DNA of 32,000 bases from an uncultured Erysipelotrichaceae bacterium (GTDB taxonomy: Bacteria > Bacillota_I > Bacilli_A > Erysipelotrichales > Erysipelotrichaceae). The translations under genes were made by a program, and so were the position numbers. The notes beneath the pieces are model-generated. The model had not been told where the DNA came from, did not search any database, and saw nothing but the letters and a program-made list of their open reading frames with translations. Below, in pieces: positions 23,270-32,000 of the stretch; position 1 is the first letter of the stretch; each line of letters starts with the position of its first letter. Where the stretch lies: NCBI GenBank assembly GCA_942492995.1, contig OW818653.1:1290001-1322000 (forward strand), given 5' to 3'.

Positions 23270-24072
23270 AATTCATCCACCATTCCTTCCATATCCCACG
23301 ATTTATTTACTTTAATCCCTAATTTACTTAATTCGTTTGAGAGTTTAACGCTATACGGCGCATCTAATTTTAAGCGTACAAGTTCTTGTTCATTTAACAT
23401 TACTTTGCTTGGTAAACCATCTTTAACAATTCTTCCTTCAAACATAACGATGACATGATCACTCTTTAATACTTCTTCGACATCATGTGTGATGGATAGA
23501 ATCGTCATATTGTTCTCTTTATGGAGTTGTTTAACGAGGCTATTAATTTCTTCTTTACCTTCAGGATCAAGCATCGACGTTGCTTCATCAAGAATCAATA
23601 TTTCTGGTTCCATCGCAAGTATACCCGCAATCGCAACACGTTGTTTCTGACCACCTGAAAGACGTGTAGGTTCATGATTAAGATAATCACTCATTCCTAC
23701 TTCACGTGCGTATTTTTCGATTATAGCGTCCATTTCTAAAGGATTAACTTGATGATTCTCTAAACCAAACGCAATATCATCACGAACAGTTGCGCCGATA
23801 AATTGATTATCTGGATTCTGAAATACTATTCCAATTTTTCTACGAATTGTTTCAACTGTATCGTTGTTTAACTCTTCGCCATCAATTAAAATAGATCCTT
23901 GTTCTTTTTCAAGTAACCCAATAATTAATTTCGCAATTGTACTCTTACCACTTCCGTTATGCCCAATTAAAGTCGTGTAGCTTCCTCTTTGTACAGTAAA
24001 AGAGACATCTTTAACGACATCTAAATGTTGGTCATAAGAAAAATTTAAATCTTTAACTTCAATTGGATTCAT
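23245..24072 (-). CDS. ecfA1: ECF transporter ATPase component A
   Basis: Walker A GHNGSGKST, signature LSGGQKQRVAIAG, Walker B ILILDEAT. Confidence 0.93.
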   Translation of the reverse strand: MNPIEVKDLNFSYDQHLDVVKDVSFTVQRGSYTTLIGHNGSGKSTIAKLIIGLLEKEQGSILIDGEELNNDTVETIRRKIGIVFQNPDNQFIGATVRDDIAFGLENHQVNPLEMDAIIEKYAREVGMSDYLNHEPTRLSGGQKQRVAIAGILAMEPEILILDEATSMLDPEGKEEINSLVKQLHKENNMTILSITHDVEEVLKSDHVIVMFEGRIVKDGLPSKVMLNEQELVRLKLDAPYSVKLSNELSKLGIKVNKSWDMEGMVDELCQLLLKK

Positions 24073-24084
24073 AGCTCTCTCATT

Positions 24085-24546
24085 CTATTTAAGATTCTCA
24101 AAAACCCATCCTTGATATATACCATGGTATTCCAGTGTTGATTCCGCAACTTTAATGATTTCATTAAATGCATCTTGTGCATCTGTCTTAATGGTATGAC
24201 GTAGGTTAATGCTTAAATCATCGTTAATTTCGTAAATATAGTTTTGTTGTTTCAAATATTCAGAGTATGTATTTAATTGATCAGTATCAATAAAACTTAC
24301 AGTATGTTTAATATCAATTAATTGGTCACTTGGATATGCATCCATCATAACTTTAGACTGAACTTTGAAACTTTGGATTAGTGATTCGTCTAATTTTGAT
24401 TCTGTAACTAATTCAGGTAATTTTTGAACTGTTGTATCAAATTGGACAACTTCCTTAACTTCATTCTTTTTCTTATTTTTTTCATATGCTTTATATGCGA
24501 TAACTGCCGCAGCCGAAAGAGTAATTAACTTTAATAATGTTTTCAT
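24085..24546 (-). CDS. Membrane-anchored hypothetical protein; C-terminal half possibly RraB/DUF695-like
   Basis: 153 aa. N-terminal TM anchor (LLKLITLSAAAVIAY) and a Lys-rich linker. The C-terminal region ends ...LEYHGIYQGWVFE, which from memory only resembles the YDGW ending of RraB-family domains. Confidence 0.6.
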   Translation of the reverse strand: MKTLLKLITLSAAAVIAYKAYEKNKKKNEVKEVVQFDTTVQKLPELVTESKLDESLIQSFKVQSKVMMDAYPSDQLIDIKHTVSFIDTDQLNTYSEYLKQQNYIYEINDDLSINLRHTIKTDAQDAFNEIIKVAESTLEYHGIYQGWVFENLK

Positions 24547-24548
24547 CG

Positions 24549-25172
24549 TTATTCTCCTTTTGTAATCATATCATATCTCAAAACATCTGGGTATTTTCGC
24601 CATATGACTAGAATTCCATCCGCAATATCTTGTTTCATTGTGACATAATCTGGGTGATTTATAACCCATTCTTCAAATAGAGCTATTTTATTCACCATTT
24701 TCTGTAATCCTCTACGCTTAGATAGATTCATACGATTCTGTACATGTCCATGAAATGACATATTATCTACAATTATAAATCCATTTGGATTTAAATATGG
24801 TAAAAACTGATTAAAGTAATTTTTATGTTGGGCTTTTGGACCATCTAAGAAGATTAAATCAAATGTTCTATTTGGAATATAGTATTTAGCGTCCATAAGT
24901 ACACATTCAATTTGATTTTGTTTGTTTGCGATATTTACATTATGAACAGCTTGTTCATAGCGTTCTTGGCTAAATTCTACTGTAGTAATAGATAATTCTG
25001 GATTTGACGTTGCGATACACAAACTCCAATAACCAACTGCAGTACCTATTTCTAAAATAGTTTGGATTCCTTTTTCTTTTATGAATTCTTTACAATACAA
25101 AATTCCCGTTTCTTGCATGATCGGGACATTATCTCTAATTGCTGAATCTCTTAGTTGTTCTAAGTCAAACAT
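24549..25172 (-). CDS. Class I SAM-dependent O-methyltransferase (family 3, YrrM/TrmR-like)
   Basis: ILEIGTAVGYWSLCIA (motif I), DLIFLDGPKAQHKNYF, GFIIVDNMSFHG. An ATG start at 25172 is preferred because the track start at 25190 is a TTG inside the rplQ terminator hairpin. No clear SD. Confidence 0.75.
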   Translation of the reverse strand: MFDLEQLRDSAIRDNVPIMQETGILYCKEFIKEKGIQTILEIGTAVGYWSLCIATSNPELSITTVEFSQERYEQAVHNVNIANKQNQIECVLMDAKYYIPNRTFDLIFLDGPKAQHKNYFNQFLPYLNPNGFIIVDNMSFHGHVQNRMNLSKRRGLQKMVNKIALFEEWVINHPDYVTMKQDIADGILVIWRKYPDVLRYDMITKGE

Positions 25173-25175
25173 AAT

Positions 25176-25199
25176 AAGAAAGGGGAGCAAATGCTCCCC
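25176..25199 (-). terminator. Rho-independent terminator after rplQ
   Basis: GGGGAGC (25182-25188), loop AAAT, GCTCCCC (25193-25199), then TTTCTTATT on the minus strand. It starts 6 nt after the rplQ stop. Confidence 0.75.
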
Positions 25200-25205
25200 A
25201 GTTTT

Positions 25206-25568
25206 TTATACCAACTCGATGGTTGCCATAGGGGCTGCGTCCCCACGACGAACACTTGTTTTCATAACACGAGTATATCCACCATTACGGTCAACATACT
25301 TTGGTGCAATTTCATCAAACAATTTTTGTAACGCTGTTTGACCCGTTTTTTTGTCAGCCACAACATCTCTTAAGTAAGCCGCAACTAAACGACGAGAGTG
25401 TAAGTCATTGCGTTTTGCAGTGGTGATTAGTTCATCCACAACAGAACGTAAATCCATTGCTTTCATTTCAGTTGTTTCAATTTTTCCGCTAACAATTAAA
25501 CTTGTTGCTAAGTTACGCAACATTGCTACGCGGTGATCGGCATTACGTCCAAATTTACGATTTTCCAT
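25206..25568 (-). CDS. rplQ: 50S ribosomal protein L17
   Basis: [20 protein letters not shown]...GGYTRV. Follows rpoA. Confidence 0.97.
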   Translation of the reverse strand: MENRKFGRNADHRVAMLRNLATSLIVSGKIETTEMKAMDLRSVVDELITTAKRNDLHSRRLVAAYLRDVVADKKTGQTALQKLFDEIAPKYVDRNGGYTRVMKTSVRRGDAAPMATIELV

Positions 25569-25585
25569 AGTGCTTATTTCACTCC

Positions 25586-26545
25586 TTAATCATAGACCTT
25601 GAAGCCGAGGCCCATGTCGATAAGTTTTTCTTTAACTTCTTTTAATGACTTCTTACCTAGATTACGAACACGCATCATTTCATCTTCGCTGCGTTGTGTT
25701 AGTTCATCCACAGTTTGAATACCTGCGCGCTTCAAACAGTTGTATGAGCGTACAGATAAGTCTAAATCTTCAATCATCATGACCATACCTTTATTGGTAC
25801 TTTCATTTGTAGATTCTTTAATTACAGAATCCATTGATGCAACTTGATCGTTGATATCACTGAATAAATCCAAGTGATCAGTCAAGATACGAGCCGCTAA
25901 AGCGACTGATGATTGTGGCGTAATTGAACCATTCGTCCAAATTTCCATAATGAGTTTATCATACTTAGCATCTTGTCCAACACGTGTAGGTTCTACATTG
26001 TAGCTTACACGTTCAATTGGAGTATAGATGGAGTCAGTATAAATTGTTCCAATACCTTGAGATGCACCTTGGTGAAGGTTTTTATTTTGATCAGCTGAAA
26101 CATAGCCGCGGCCATTTTTAGCTTTCATTTCCATTTCAAGAATTGCGCCATCTTCTAGTGTAGCGATAACTAAGTCTTTATTTAAGACTTCGACATTTGC
26201 AGGACATTCAATGTCCCCAGCAGTCACAACTTTACTACCCTTCGCATTGATACGAAGTGTATAAGTTTCATCATCATTAACAACTAAAATCAAGTCTTTT
26301 AAATTTAGAATAATATTGGTGACATCTTCCACGACACCAGGAATTGAGGTGAATTCGTGATACACGCCTTCAATTTTGACAGAATAAACCGCTGCTCCCG
26401 GTAACGAGGAGAGTAATACTCTTCTTAATGCATTGCCGATCGTTGTACCAAAACCACGTTCTAAAGGTTGAATTTCAAACTTTCCGTAGTGATTGGATTC
26501 TACATATTCTTGTATCTCAAATTGTGCACGTTCAAATTTTTGCAT
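25586..26545 (-). CDS. rpoA: DNA-directed RNA polymerase alpha subunit
   Basis: 319 aa. [22 protein letters not shown] and the C-terminal domain [16 protein letters not shown]. Confidence 0.98.
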   Translation of the reverse strand: MQKFERAQFEIQEYVESNHYGKFEIQPLERGFGTTIGNALRRVLLSSLPGAAVYSVKIEGVYHEFTSIPGVVEDVTNIILNLKDLILVVNDDETYTLRINAKGSKVVTAGDIECPANVEVLNKDLVIATLEDGAILEMEMKAKNGRGYVSADQNKNLHQGASQGIGTIYTDSIYTPIERVSYNVEPTRVGQDAKYDKLIMEIWTNGSITPQSSVALAARILTDHLDLFSDINDQVASMDSVIKESTNESTNKGMVMMIEDLDLSVRSYNCLKRAGIQTVDELTQRSEDEMMRVRNLGKKSLKEVKEKLIDMGLGFKVYD

Positions 26546-26567
26546 TTCAGGCCCTCCTCATTTAATC

Positions 26568-26957
26568 CTAACCACGTGGACGTTTCGGTGGACGGCATCC
26601 GTTATGTGGAATAGGTGTAACATCATTGATTACAGTGATGTTTAATCCTGCTGTTTGTAAACTACGAACTGCAGATTCTCTTCCTGGGCCTACACCCTTA
26701 ACTAAGACTTCAACTGTACGCATTCCATGATCAACCGCTGCCTTAGCAGCAGCTTCTGAACATTGTTGAGCTGCGAACGGTGTTGATTTACGCGATCCCT
26801 TGTAACCAAGTGCACCTGCACTTGACCAAGAAATTACATTACCTTGTTCATCCGTAATAGTTACGATTGTGTTGTTGAAGGTAGAATGAATGTGTGCTAC
26901 ACCGCGAGCGACATTCTTACGTACACGACGTTTACGTGTTGCTGGTTTTGTTGCCAT
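26568..26957 (-). CDS. rpsK: 30S ribosomal protein S11
   Basis: [18 protein letters not shown]...[14 protein letters not shown]...[16 protein letters not shown]. Confidence 0.98.
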   Translation of the reverse strand: MATKPATRKRRVRKNVARGVAHIHSTFNNTIVTITDEQGNVISWSSAGALGYKGSRKSTPFAAQQCSEAAAKAAVDHGMRTVEVLVKGVGPGRESAVRSLQTAGLNITVINDVTPIPHNGCRPPKRPRG

Positions 26958-26969
26958 GTTTCAATCCTC

Positions 26970-27335
26970 CTATTTCTTCTTGTTCGCTACAGTACGACGT
27001 GGTCCTTTACGCGTACGAGCATTCGTACGTGTTCTTTGTCCACGAACTGGCAAACCTTTACGATGACGTAGTCCACGATATGAGCCAATTTCCATCAAAC
27101 GTTTGATGTTTAAGCTTATTTCACGACGTAAGTCACCTTCTACTTTAATTTTGTCAACTTCTTTACGAATCGCGTTGACTTGGTCATCCGTCAAGTCTTT
27201 TACACGAATATCTTCAGAAATTTGTGTGTTTTCCAATATCTTTTCAGCCAAAGGACGGCCGATTCCATAAACATATGTTAGTGATACTACTACACGTTTG
27301 TCACGTGGAATATCAATACCTGCTATACGAGCCAT
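26970..27335 (-). CDS. rpsM: 30S ribosomal protein S13
   Basis: [26 protein letters not shown]...[18 protein letters not shown]. Confidence 0.98.
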   Translation of the reverse strand: MARIAGIDIPRDKRVVVSLTYVYGIGRPLAEKILENTQISEDIRVKDLTDDQVNAIRKEVDKIKVEGDLRREISLNIKRLMEIGSYRGLRHRKGLPVRGQRTRTNARTRKGPRRTVANKKK

Positions 27336-27353
27336 GTTTCTATGTTCCTCCTA

Positions 27354-27467
27354 TTATCCTTGACGTTGTTTGTGCTTCGGATTCTCACAAATAACCATTA
27401 CGCGACCTTTACGTTTGATGACTCGGCATTTGTCGCATATGGGTTTGACTGATGGTCTAACTTTCAT
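27354..27467 (-). CDS. rpmJ: 50S ribosomal protein L36 (Zn-ribbon CxxC...C...H form)
   Basis: Hand translation of the reverse strand gives [37 protein letters not shown] (37 aa). It is below the ORF-track length cutoff. Confidence 0.95.
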   Translation of the reverse strand: MKVRPSVKPICDKCRVIKRKGRVMVICENPKHKQRQG

Positions 27468-27485
27468 ACTTGTCACTCCTTGACA

Positions 27486-27704
27486 CTACTTGTGTCTAAA
27501 TGTAATTCTCCCACGTGTTAAATCATACGGCGAAATTTCAACGGTGACGCGGTCACCTGGTAAAATGCGAATGTAATGCATGCGGATTTTACCAGAAACG
27601 TGGGCTTTGAGCGAATGCCCGTTTGTTAATTTCACATCGAAGGTCGCATTTGGTAGAACTTTCTCTACTACGCCTTCTATTTCTATAACGTCTTGTTTAC
27701 CCAT
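27486..27704 (-). CDS. infA: Translation initiation factor IF-1
   Basis: 72 aa. [30 protein letters not shown]...GRITFRHK. Confidence 0.98.
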   Translation of the reverse strand: MGKQDVIEIEGVVEKVLPNATFDVKLTNGHSLKAHVSGKIRMHYIRILPGDRVTVEISPYDLTRGRITFRHK

Positions 27705-28470
27705 TCAGTAAAGTTTCCTCCTTTGAGATGGTGGTTAAGATTTCACACCCATCTTCTGTCACTAGAACTGTGTGTTCATAATGAGCTGCTAGTGATCCAT
27801 CCTTTGTCACGACGGTCCAATCATCTCCCAATACTTTGGTAAAAGGTTTACCACGATGAACCATTGGTTCAATCGCTAAGGTCATACCTGCTTTTAGGAT
27901 GGGGCCCTTACCTTTTGGTCCATAATTTGGAATTGCTGGATCTTCATGTAGATTTGCGCCGATGCCATGTCCGGTATATTCATACGGTACACTATAACCG
28001 AAAGAATAAACGTATTCTCCGATTGTGTTGGACACATCAGACAAATGTACACCTGCCTTGACAACTTTTAAGCCTTCATAAAGACTTTGTTTGGTTACTT
28101 CCATTAGGTGTTCAGCTTCTTTTGAAACCTTCCCAATAGCATACGTCCAAGCACTATCTCCATGATAACCTTTATAACAAGCGCCAATATCGACGGATAT
28201 AATATCGCCTTCTTTTAAGATTTGTTTACCAGGGAATCCATGCACTAATACGTTATTTACAGACGTACATGTTGCGCTTGGAAATCCATTGTATCCCTTA
28301 AATGAAGGTGTTGCCTGGTTATCCAGTATTACTTGCTCTACGATTTGATCAATCTCTAGAGTAGTAATTCCAGGCTTAATTGCTTTAGCTACGGCTTGAT
28401 GGGCTAAGGCAACTATTTCTCCTGCTTTACGCATGAGTTCGATTTCACGCTTGGATTTTTGTGTAATCAT
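27697..28470 (-). CDS. map: Type I methionine aminopeptidase
   Basis: 257 aa. [18 protein letters not shown] and LAIEPM metal-ligand motifs. Confidence 0.96.
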   Translation of the reverse strand: MITQKSKREIELMRKAGEIVALAHQAVAKAIKPGITTLEIDQIVEQVILDNQATPSFKGYNGFPSATCTSVNNVLVHGFPGKQILKEGDIISVDIGACYKGYHGDSAWTYAIGKVSKEAEHLMEVTKQSLYEGLKVVKAGVHLSDVSNTIGEYVYSFGYSVPYEYTGHGIGANLHEDPAIPNYGPKGKGPILKAGMTLAIEPMVHRGKPFTKVLGDDWTVVTKDGSLAAHYEHTVLVTEDGCEILTTISKEETLLNG

Positions 28471-29117
28471 TAAATTTTCTCCAGAACTGAGTCAATATCT
28501 TTAAATACTTCTTCAATTGAGCGAGATGCATCAATATCAAACACTAAGCCTTTTTTAGCGTAGAAATCTAATACGGGTTGAGTTAATGTTACATGTTCAT
28601 TTAAGCGCACACCTAATTGATGTACGGTATCATCTGAACGGTGTATAAGTTTTCCACCACACAAATCACATATGCCTTCAACTTTTGAAGGTTGTTGTTT
28701 TATATGATAAATCGCTCCACACTTTTCACACACTCTACGCCCGGTTACACGTTCAGCTAAATCATCTAATTGTACTTTAAGGTTAATAACCGCTTGTACA
28801 GGACGATCAATCTGATGTGCTATATCCTCAAACGCAACTGCTTGAGGCAATGTTCTAGGATATCCATCTAGTAGATAACCCTTTAAACAATCAGGCTCAA
28901 GCAAGCGTTCTTGAATCATTTGAATCGTTACTTCATCTGGAACTAAACGTCCTTCATCAATATACTTACGCGCTTCTAAACCAAGTGGAGTATTAGCATA
29001 CATGTGCGAACGAAACATATTCCCAGTGGAAATATGCGGAATGGAGTACTTTTGAATAATCAATTGTGCCATTGTTCCTTTGCCGCTTCCGGCAGCGCCC
29101 ATAATTAGTATGTTCAT
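28470..29117 (-). CDS. adk: Adenylate kinase (4-Cys zinc lid)
   Basis: P-loop GAAGSGKGT. Lid CEKCGAIYH...CDLCGGKL. Confidence 0.97.
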   Translation of the reverse strand: MNILIMGAAGSGKGTMAQLIIQKYSIPHISTGNMFRSHMYANTPLGLEARKYIDEGRLVPDEVTIQMIQERLLEPDCLKGYLLDGYPRTLPQAVAFEDIAHQIDRPVQAVINLKVQLDDLAERVTGRRVCEKCGAIYHIKQQPSKVEGICDLCGGKLIHRSDDTVHQLGVRLNEHVTLTQPVLDFYAKKGLVFDIDASRSIEEVFKDIDSVLEKI

Positions 29118-29126
29118 ACGTTCCTC

Positions 29127-30416
29127 CTATTTAATGAAGCCACGGTATACTTTCTGAGTCATTTGTCCTTCTAAATCCTTCATCGTTTCTAACGCAACCC
29201 CAACTACGATGATGATACCTGTTCCACCTACAGAAACTGTATTAGGAAGTGATGTTACCATCGGTAAGAGATACGGTAATATTGCGATAAAGACTAAGAA
29301 TAAAGCCCCTAAAACGGTAATACGATTTAATACTTTGGATAAATATTCCTTCGTCTCTGACCCAGGTCGAATACCAGGAATATAAGTTCCTTGTTTGCCT
29401 AGATTCTCCGCGATTTTCTCTGGATCAACTTGTAAGTTGGTATAGAAGAAAGTGAAGATTACGATTAATACTGCATAGATGGTTAATCCCAAAGGTTTTT
29501 GGAAATTAAACACATCCGAGAAGAATTGATATAATCCTTGCGTTTGTGAGAAGAAACTAAATGCTGTTGCTGGCGCTGTCATAACCGCTGATGCAAAGAT
29601 GACAGGAATTACGCTAGCAGAGTTAATCTTTAAAGGCAGGAAAGTCACATCGTTTTTGCCTTTACGAAGATTACTTGACGTATATTGAATTGGAATTTTA
29701 CGTTCAGCACGTTGCATGAAGATAACCAATACGATAATCGCTAAGTACATCAATGTATAGATAAAGAAATTTATGACTCCACTGAATAAAGCTGCGTTAC
29801 TGCTGGTGTCAACCATGGTTTTAAACATTGTTGAGAAATCAAACGGAATACGTGAGACGATACCAGCGAAAATGATGATGGAAATACCATTACCGATACC
29901 AAACGATGAAATACGATCACCAATCCAAAGTAGAAACATCGTACCAGCTGTAAGTACAACTGAAACATAAATAAAGTTTGCTACGGTTGGATCTTGTAGT
30001 AATCCATAGTTTACATCGAAAGCATATGTAAGTGTAAAGGCTTGAAACATTGCTAGGAAGACTGCCACATAACGTGTAATCTTATCCATTTGTTTCTTGC
30101 CTTGTTGTCCTGATTTAGCCATTTCTGACAAAGCAGGTACTACATCCATCGCTAATAATTGAATAATAATGCTCGCAGTAATATAAGGACCAACCCCCAT
30201 TGCGAAGACGGAGAAACGTTGTAGTGCTCCACCTCCGAGTAGGTTCATAATCCCTAAGACTGAGTTATCTGCAACACCTGCCAACAATGCTTCAGTATCG
30301 ACTAAAGGTACAGGAATACCTGCACCTAATCGAAATACAAACAACATTGCGAGTGTGAAGAAAATCTTCTTACGAATATCCTTTTGTTTAAACAGATTGA
30401 CGAACATCTTGATCAT
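29127..30416 (-). CDS. secY: Preprotein translocase subunit SecY
   Basis: 10-TM SecY sequence. The ATG at 30416 (MIKMFVNLFKQKDIRKK) lies 1 nt after the rplO stop. The track start at 30452 would overlap rplO by 35 nt. Confidence 0.96.
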   Translation of the reverse strand: MIKMFVNLFKQKDIRKKIFFTLAMLFVFRLGAGIPVPLVDTEALLAGVADNSVLGIMNLLGGGALQRFSVFAMGVGPYITASIIIQLLAMDVVPALSEMAKSGQQGKKQMDKITRYVAVFLAMFQAFTLTYAFDVNYGLLQDPTVANFIYVSVVLTAGTMFLLWIGDRISSFGIGNGISIIIFAGIVSRIPFDFSTMFKTMVDTSSNAALFSGVINFFIYTLMYLAIIVLVIFMQRAERKIPIQYTSSNLRKGKNDVTFLPLKINSASVIPVIFASAVMTAPATAFSFFSQTQGLYQFFSDVFNFQKPLGLTIYAVLIVIFTFFYTNLQVDPEKIAENLGKQGTYIPGIRPGSETKEYLSKVLNRITVLGALFLVFIAILPYLLPMVTSLPNTVSVGGTGIIIVVGVALETMKDLEGQMTQKVYRGFIK

Positions 30417-30417
30417 T

Positions 30418-30858
30418 CTAGATGACCTCTGCTTTTCCGCCTGCTTGTTCAATCAAAGTAACAGCGGACTTAGAAAATTTGTGTGCTTTAACAGTTAACT
30501 TCTTTTCTAAAGTTCCAACGCCTAGGATTTTGATTCCATTATATTCTTTTTTGACTAGTCCAGTTTCGATTAACAATTCTGGGCTAACTTCTACCCCGTT
30601 TTCAAAACGGTTTAGTTGTTCAACATTTACAATCGCATATTCTACACGGTGAATGTTTGTAAATCCACGTTTAGGAATACGACGGTAAATAGGAGTTTGA
30701 CCCCCTTCAAATCCTAATGCCACTCCACCTCCGGAACGAGCATTTTGACCTTTGTTACCTTTACCAGCTGTTTTACCTTGTCCTGAACCTTGTCCACGAC
30801 CTAAGCGCTTGCTATCTTTACGAGCGCCTTCAGTATATTTTAATTCATGTAACTTCAT
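30418..30858 (-). CDS. rplO: 50S ribosomal protein L15
   Basis: [54 protein letters not shown]. Confidence 0.98.
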   Translation of the reverse strand: MKLHELKYTEGARKDSKRLGRGQGSGQGKTAGKGNKGQNARSGGGVALGFEGGQTPIYRRIPKRGFTNIHRVEYAIVNVEQLNRFENGVEVSPELLIETGLVKKEYNGIKILGVGTLEKKLTVKAHKFSKSAVTLIEQAGGKAEVI

Positions 30859-30869
30859 ACAAGCCTCCT

Positions 30870-31382
30870 CTAAGCGCGCACTTCTTCGCGTTTTAGATCA
30901 CGAAGTTTTGCGACTTGTTCTACTGTCTTTAAACTCTTTAGGGCTTCAACAGTTGCACGAACCATATTGATTGGAGTGCGTGAACCCAAACATTTAGTTA
31001 AGATATCACCTACACCAGCCAATTCAAGAACGGCACGGATTGGACCTCCAGCGATAACACCAGTACCTTCTGTAGCAGGGCGAATTAATACGGATCCTGC
31101 ACCAAAGTTACCGATAGCTGTATGAGGGATTGATGTTCCAACAATTGGAACAATGAATAAATTCTTTTTAGCATCCTCGATTGCCTTCTTAATTGCATCA
31201 GGAACTTCGTTAGCCTTGCCAGTACCAAAACCGACACGACCTTTCTTATCTCCAATAACAACTAATGCAGCAAAGCGGAAGCGGCGACCACCTTTAACAA
31301 CCTTGGTTACTCGGTTGATAACGACTACGCGTTCTTCAAATTCTTTTGGTTCTCTTTCGAATCTTCTTGGTTTACGTTCCAT
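30870..31382 (-). CDS. rpsE: 30S ribosomal protein S5
   Basis: [26 protein letters not shown]...[18 protein letters not shown]. Confidence 0.98.
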   Translation of the reverse strand: MERKPRRFEREPKEFEERVVVINRVTKVVKGGRRFRFAALVVIGDKKGRVGFGTGKANEVPDAIKKAIEDAKKNLFIVPIVGTSIPHTAIGNFGAGSVLIRPATEGTGVIAGGPIRAVLELAGVGDILTKCLGSRTPINMVRATVEALKSLKTVEQVAKLRDLKREEVRA

Positions 31383-31391
31383 GGCGACCTC

Positions 31392-31748
31392 CTAGAATAC
31401 AAGTCCGGCATTTCTTGCAGCATCTGCAAGCGCCTTGACTCTTCCGTGATAGAGGTATCCACCACGGTCAAACACTACATTTGTAATATTGGCTTTAAGT
31501 GCGCGTGTAGCGACCTCTGTACCTACCAAAGCAGCAGCAGCAACGTTACCGCCATTTTCTAACTTTAATTCTACACTATTTGCAGAAACTAGAGTAACAC
31601 CATTTACATCATCAATTAATTGTGCTGAAATGTGTGAATTTGAACGGAATACGTTTAAACGTGGGCGATCTGCAGTCCCAGAGACTTTAGTACGTACACG
31701 AGCATGTCTACGTTGTCTTTCTGAATTTTTTGAAACTTTTTTAAGCAT
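31392..31748 (-). CDS. rplR: 50S ribosomal protein L18
   Basis: [34 protein letters not shown]...[37 protein letters not shown]. Confidence 0.98.
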   Translation of the reverse strand: MLKKVSKNSERQRRHARVRTKVSGTADRPRLNVFRSNSHISAQLIDDVNGVTLVSANSVELKLENGGNVAAAALVGTEVATRALKANITNVVFDRGGYLYHGRVKALADAARNAGLVF

Positions 31749-31769
31749 GAACTGGTTTCTCCTTTCCCA

Positions 31770-32000
31770 CTATTTCTTACCTGCTGTCTTTCCTTCTTTA
31801 CGGCGGACAACTTCGCCTTTATAACGGATACCCTTACCTTTATAAGGTTCAGGTTTACGAACTGCACGAATATTAGCAGCCCATTCACCAACTCTTTGTT
31901 TATCAATACCTGTAACGATGATTTCAGTTGGAGTCTTGCATTCGATTGCAATACCTTGTTCGATTTCAAATATTACTGGATGTGAATATCCAATGTTGAT
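31770..32000 (-). CDS. rplF: 50S ribosomal protein L6, C-terminal 76 codons (runs off the window end)
   Basis: Hand translation of the reverse strand gives [76 protein letters not shown]. Confidence 0.95.
   Translation of the reverse strand: MNIGYSHPVIFEIEQGIAIECKTPTEIIVTGIDKQRVGEWAANIRAVRKPEPYKGKGIRYKGEVVRRKEGKTAGKK

Overview
Low-GC Firmicute-type (Bacillota) chromosomal segment. It uses the standard genetic code (a TGA stop sits in an ATGA overlap at 16693-16696) and its tRNAs encode CCA. A finer placement such as Erysipelotrichia/Turicibacter-like or another Bacilli relative is only a guess. Every convincing gene lies on the minus strand except one 31-codon ORF, which suggests strong leading-strand co-orientation.

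Core content, roughly 6.7-32 kb:
- Distal spc/alpha ribosomal cluster: rplF(partial)-rplR-rpsE-rplO-secY-adk-map-infA-rpmJ-rpsM-rpsK-rpoA-rplQ.
- ecfA1-ecfA2-ecfT-truA and rplM-rpsI, with several non-canonical genes inserted between these blocks.
- Six tRNA genes in four small units, each with a near-consensus sigma-A promoter and a terminator.
- A livJHMGF-type amino-acid ABC importer that ends with a CBS/ACT protein.
- A TrxR-like flavoprotein, and MATE and MFS transporters.
- An S66 (MccF/LdcA-like) peptidase translationally coupled to a SAM methyltransferase.

Accessory content, roughly 0.6-6.7 kb:
- A lipoprotein gene divergent from a stand-alone Cys/His/Met-rich 31-codon ORF.
- Two tandem SHOCT-domain membrane proteins and a nitroreductase-family protein.
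- A very AT-rich islet carrying an orphan 416-aa XRE-HTH plus helical-repeat (RNPP-like) regulator, with two candidate 25-codon peptide ORFs.
- A 20-nt copy of the tRNA-Leu 3' end about 1.9 kb from the intact tRNA-Leu gene, a possible integration scar.

I found no CRISPR array, transposase, integrase, toxin-antitoxin pair or recognisable defence operon. The best candidate for an undescribed system is the RNPP-like regulator/peptide cassette. It remains a hypothesis built on sequence layout alone.
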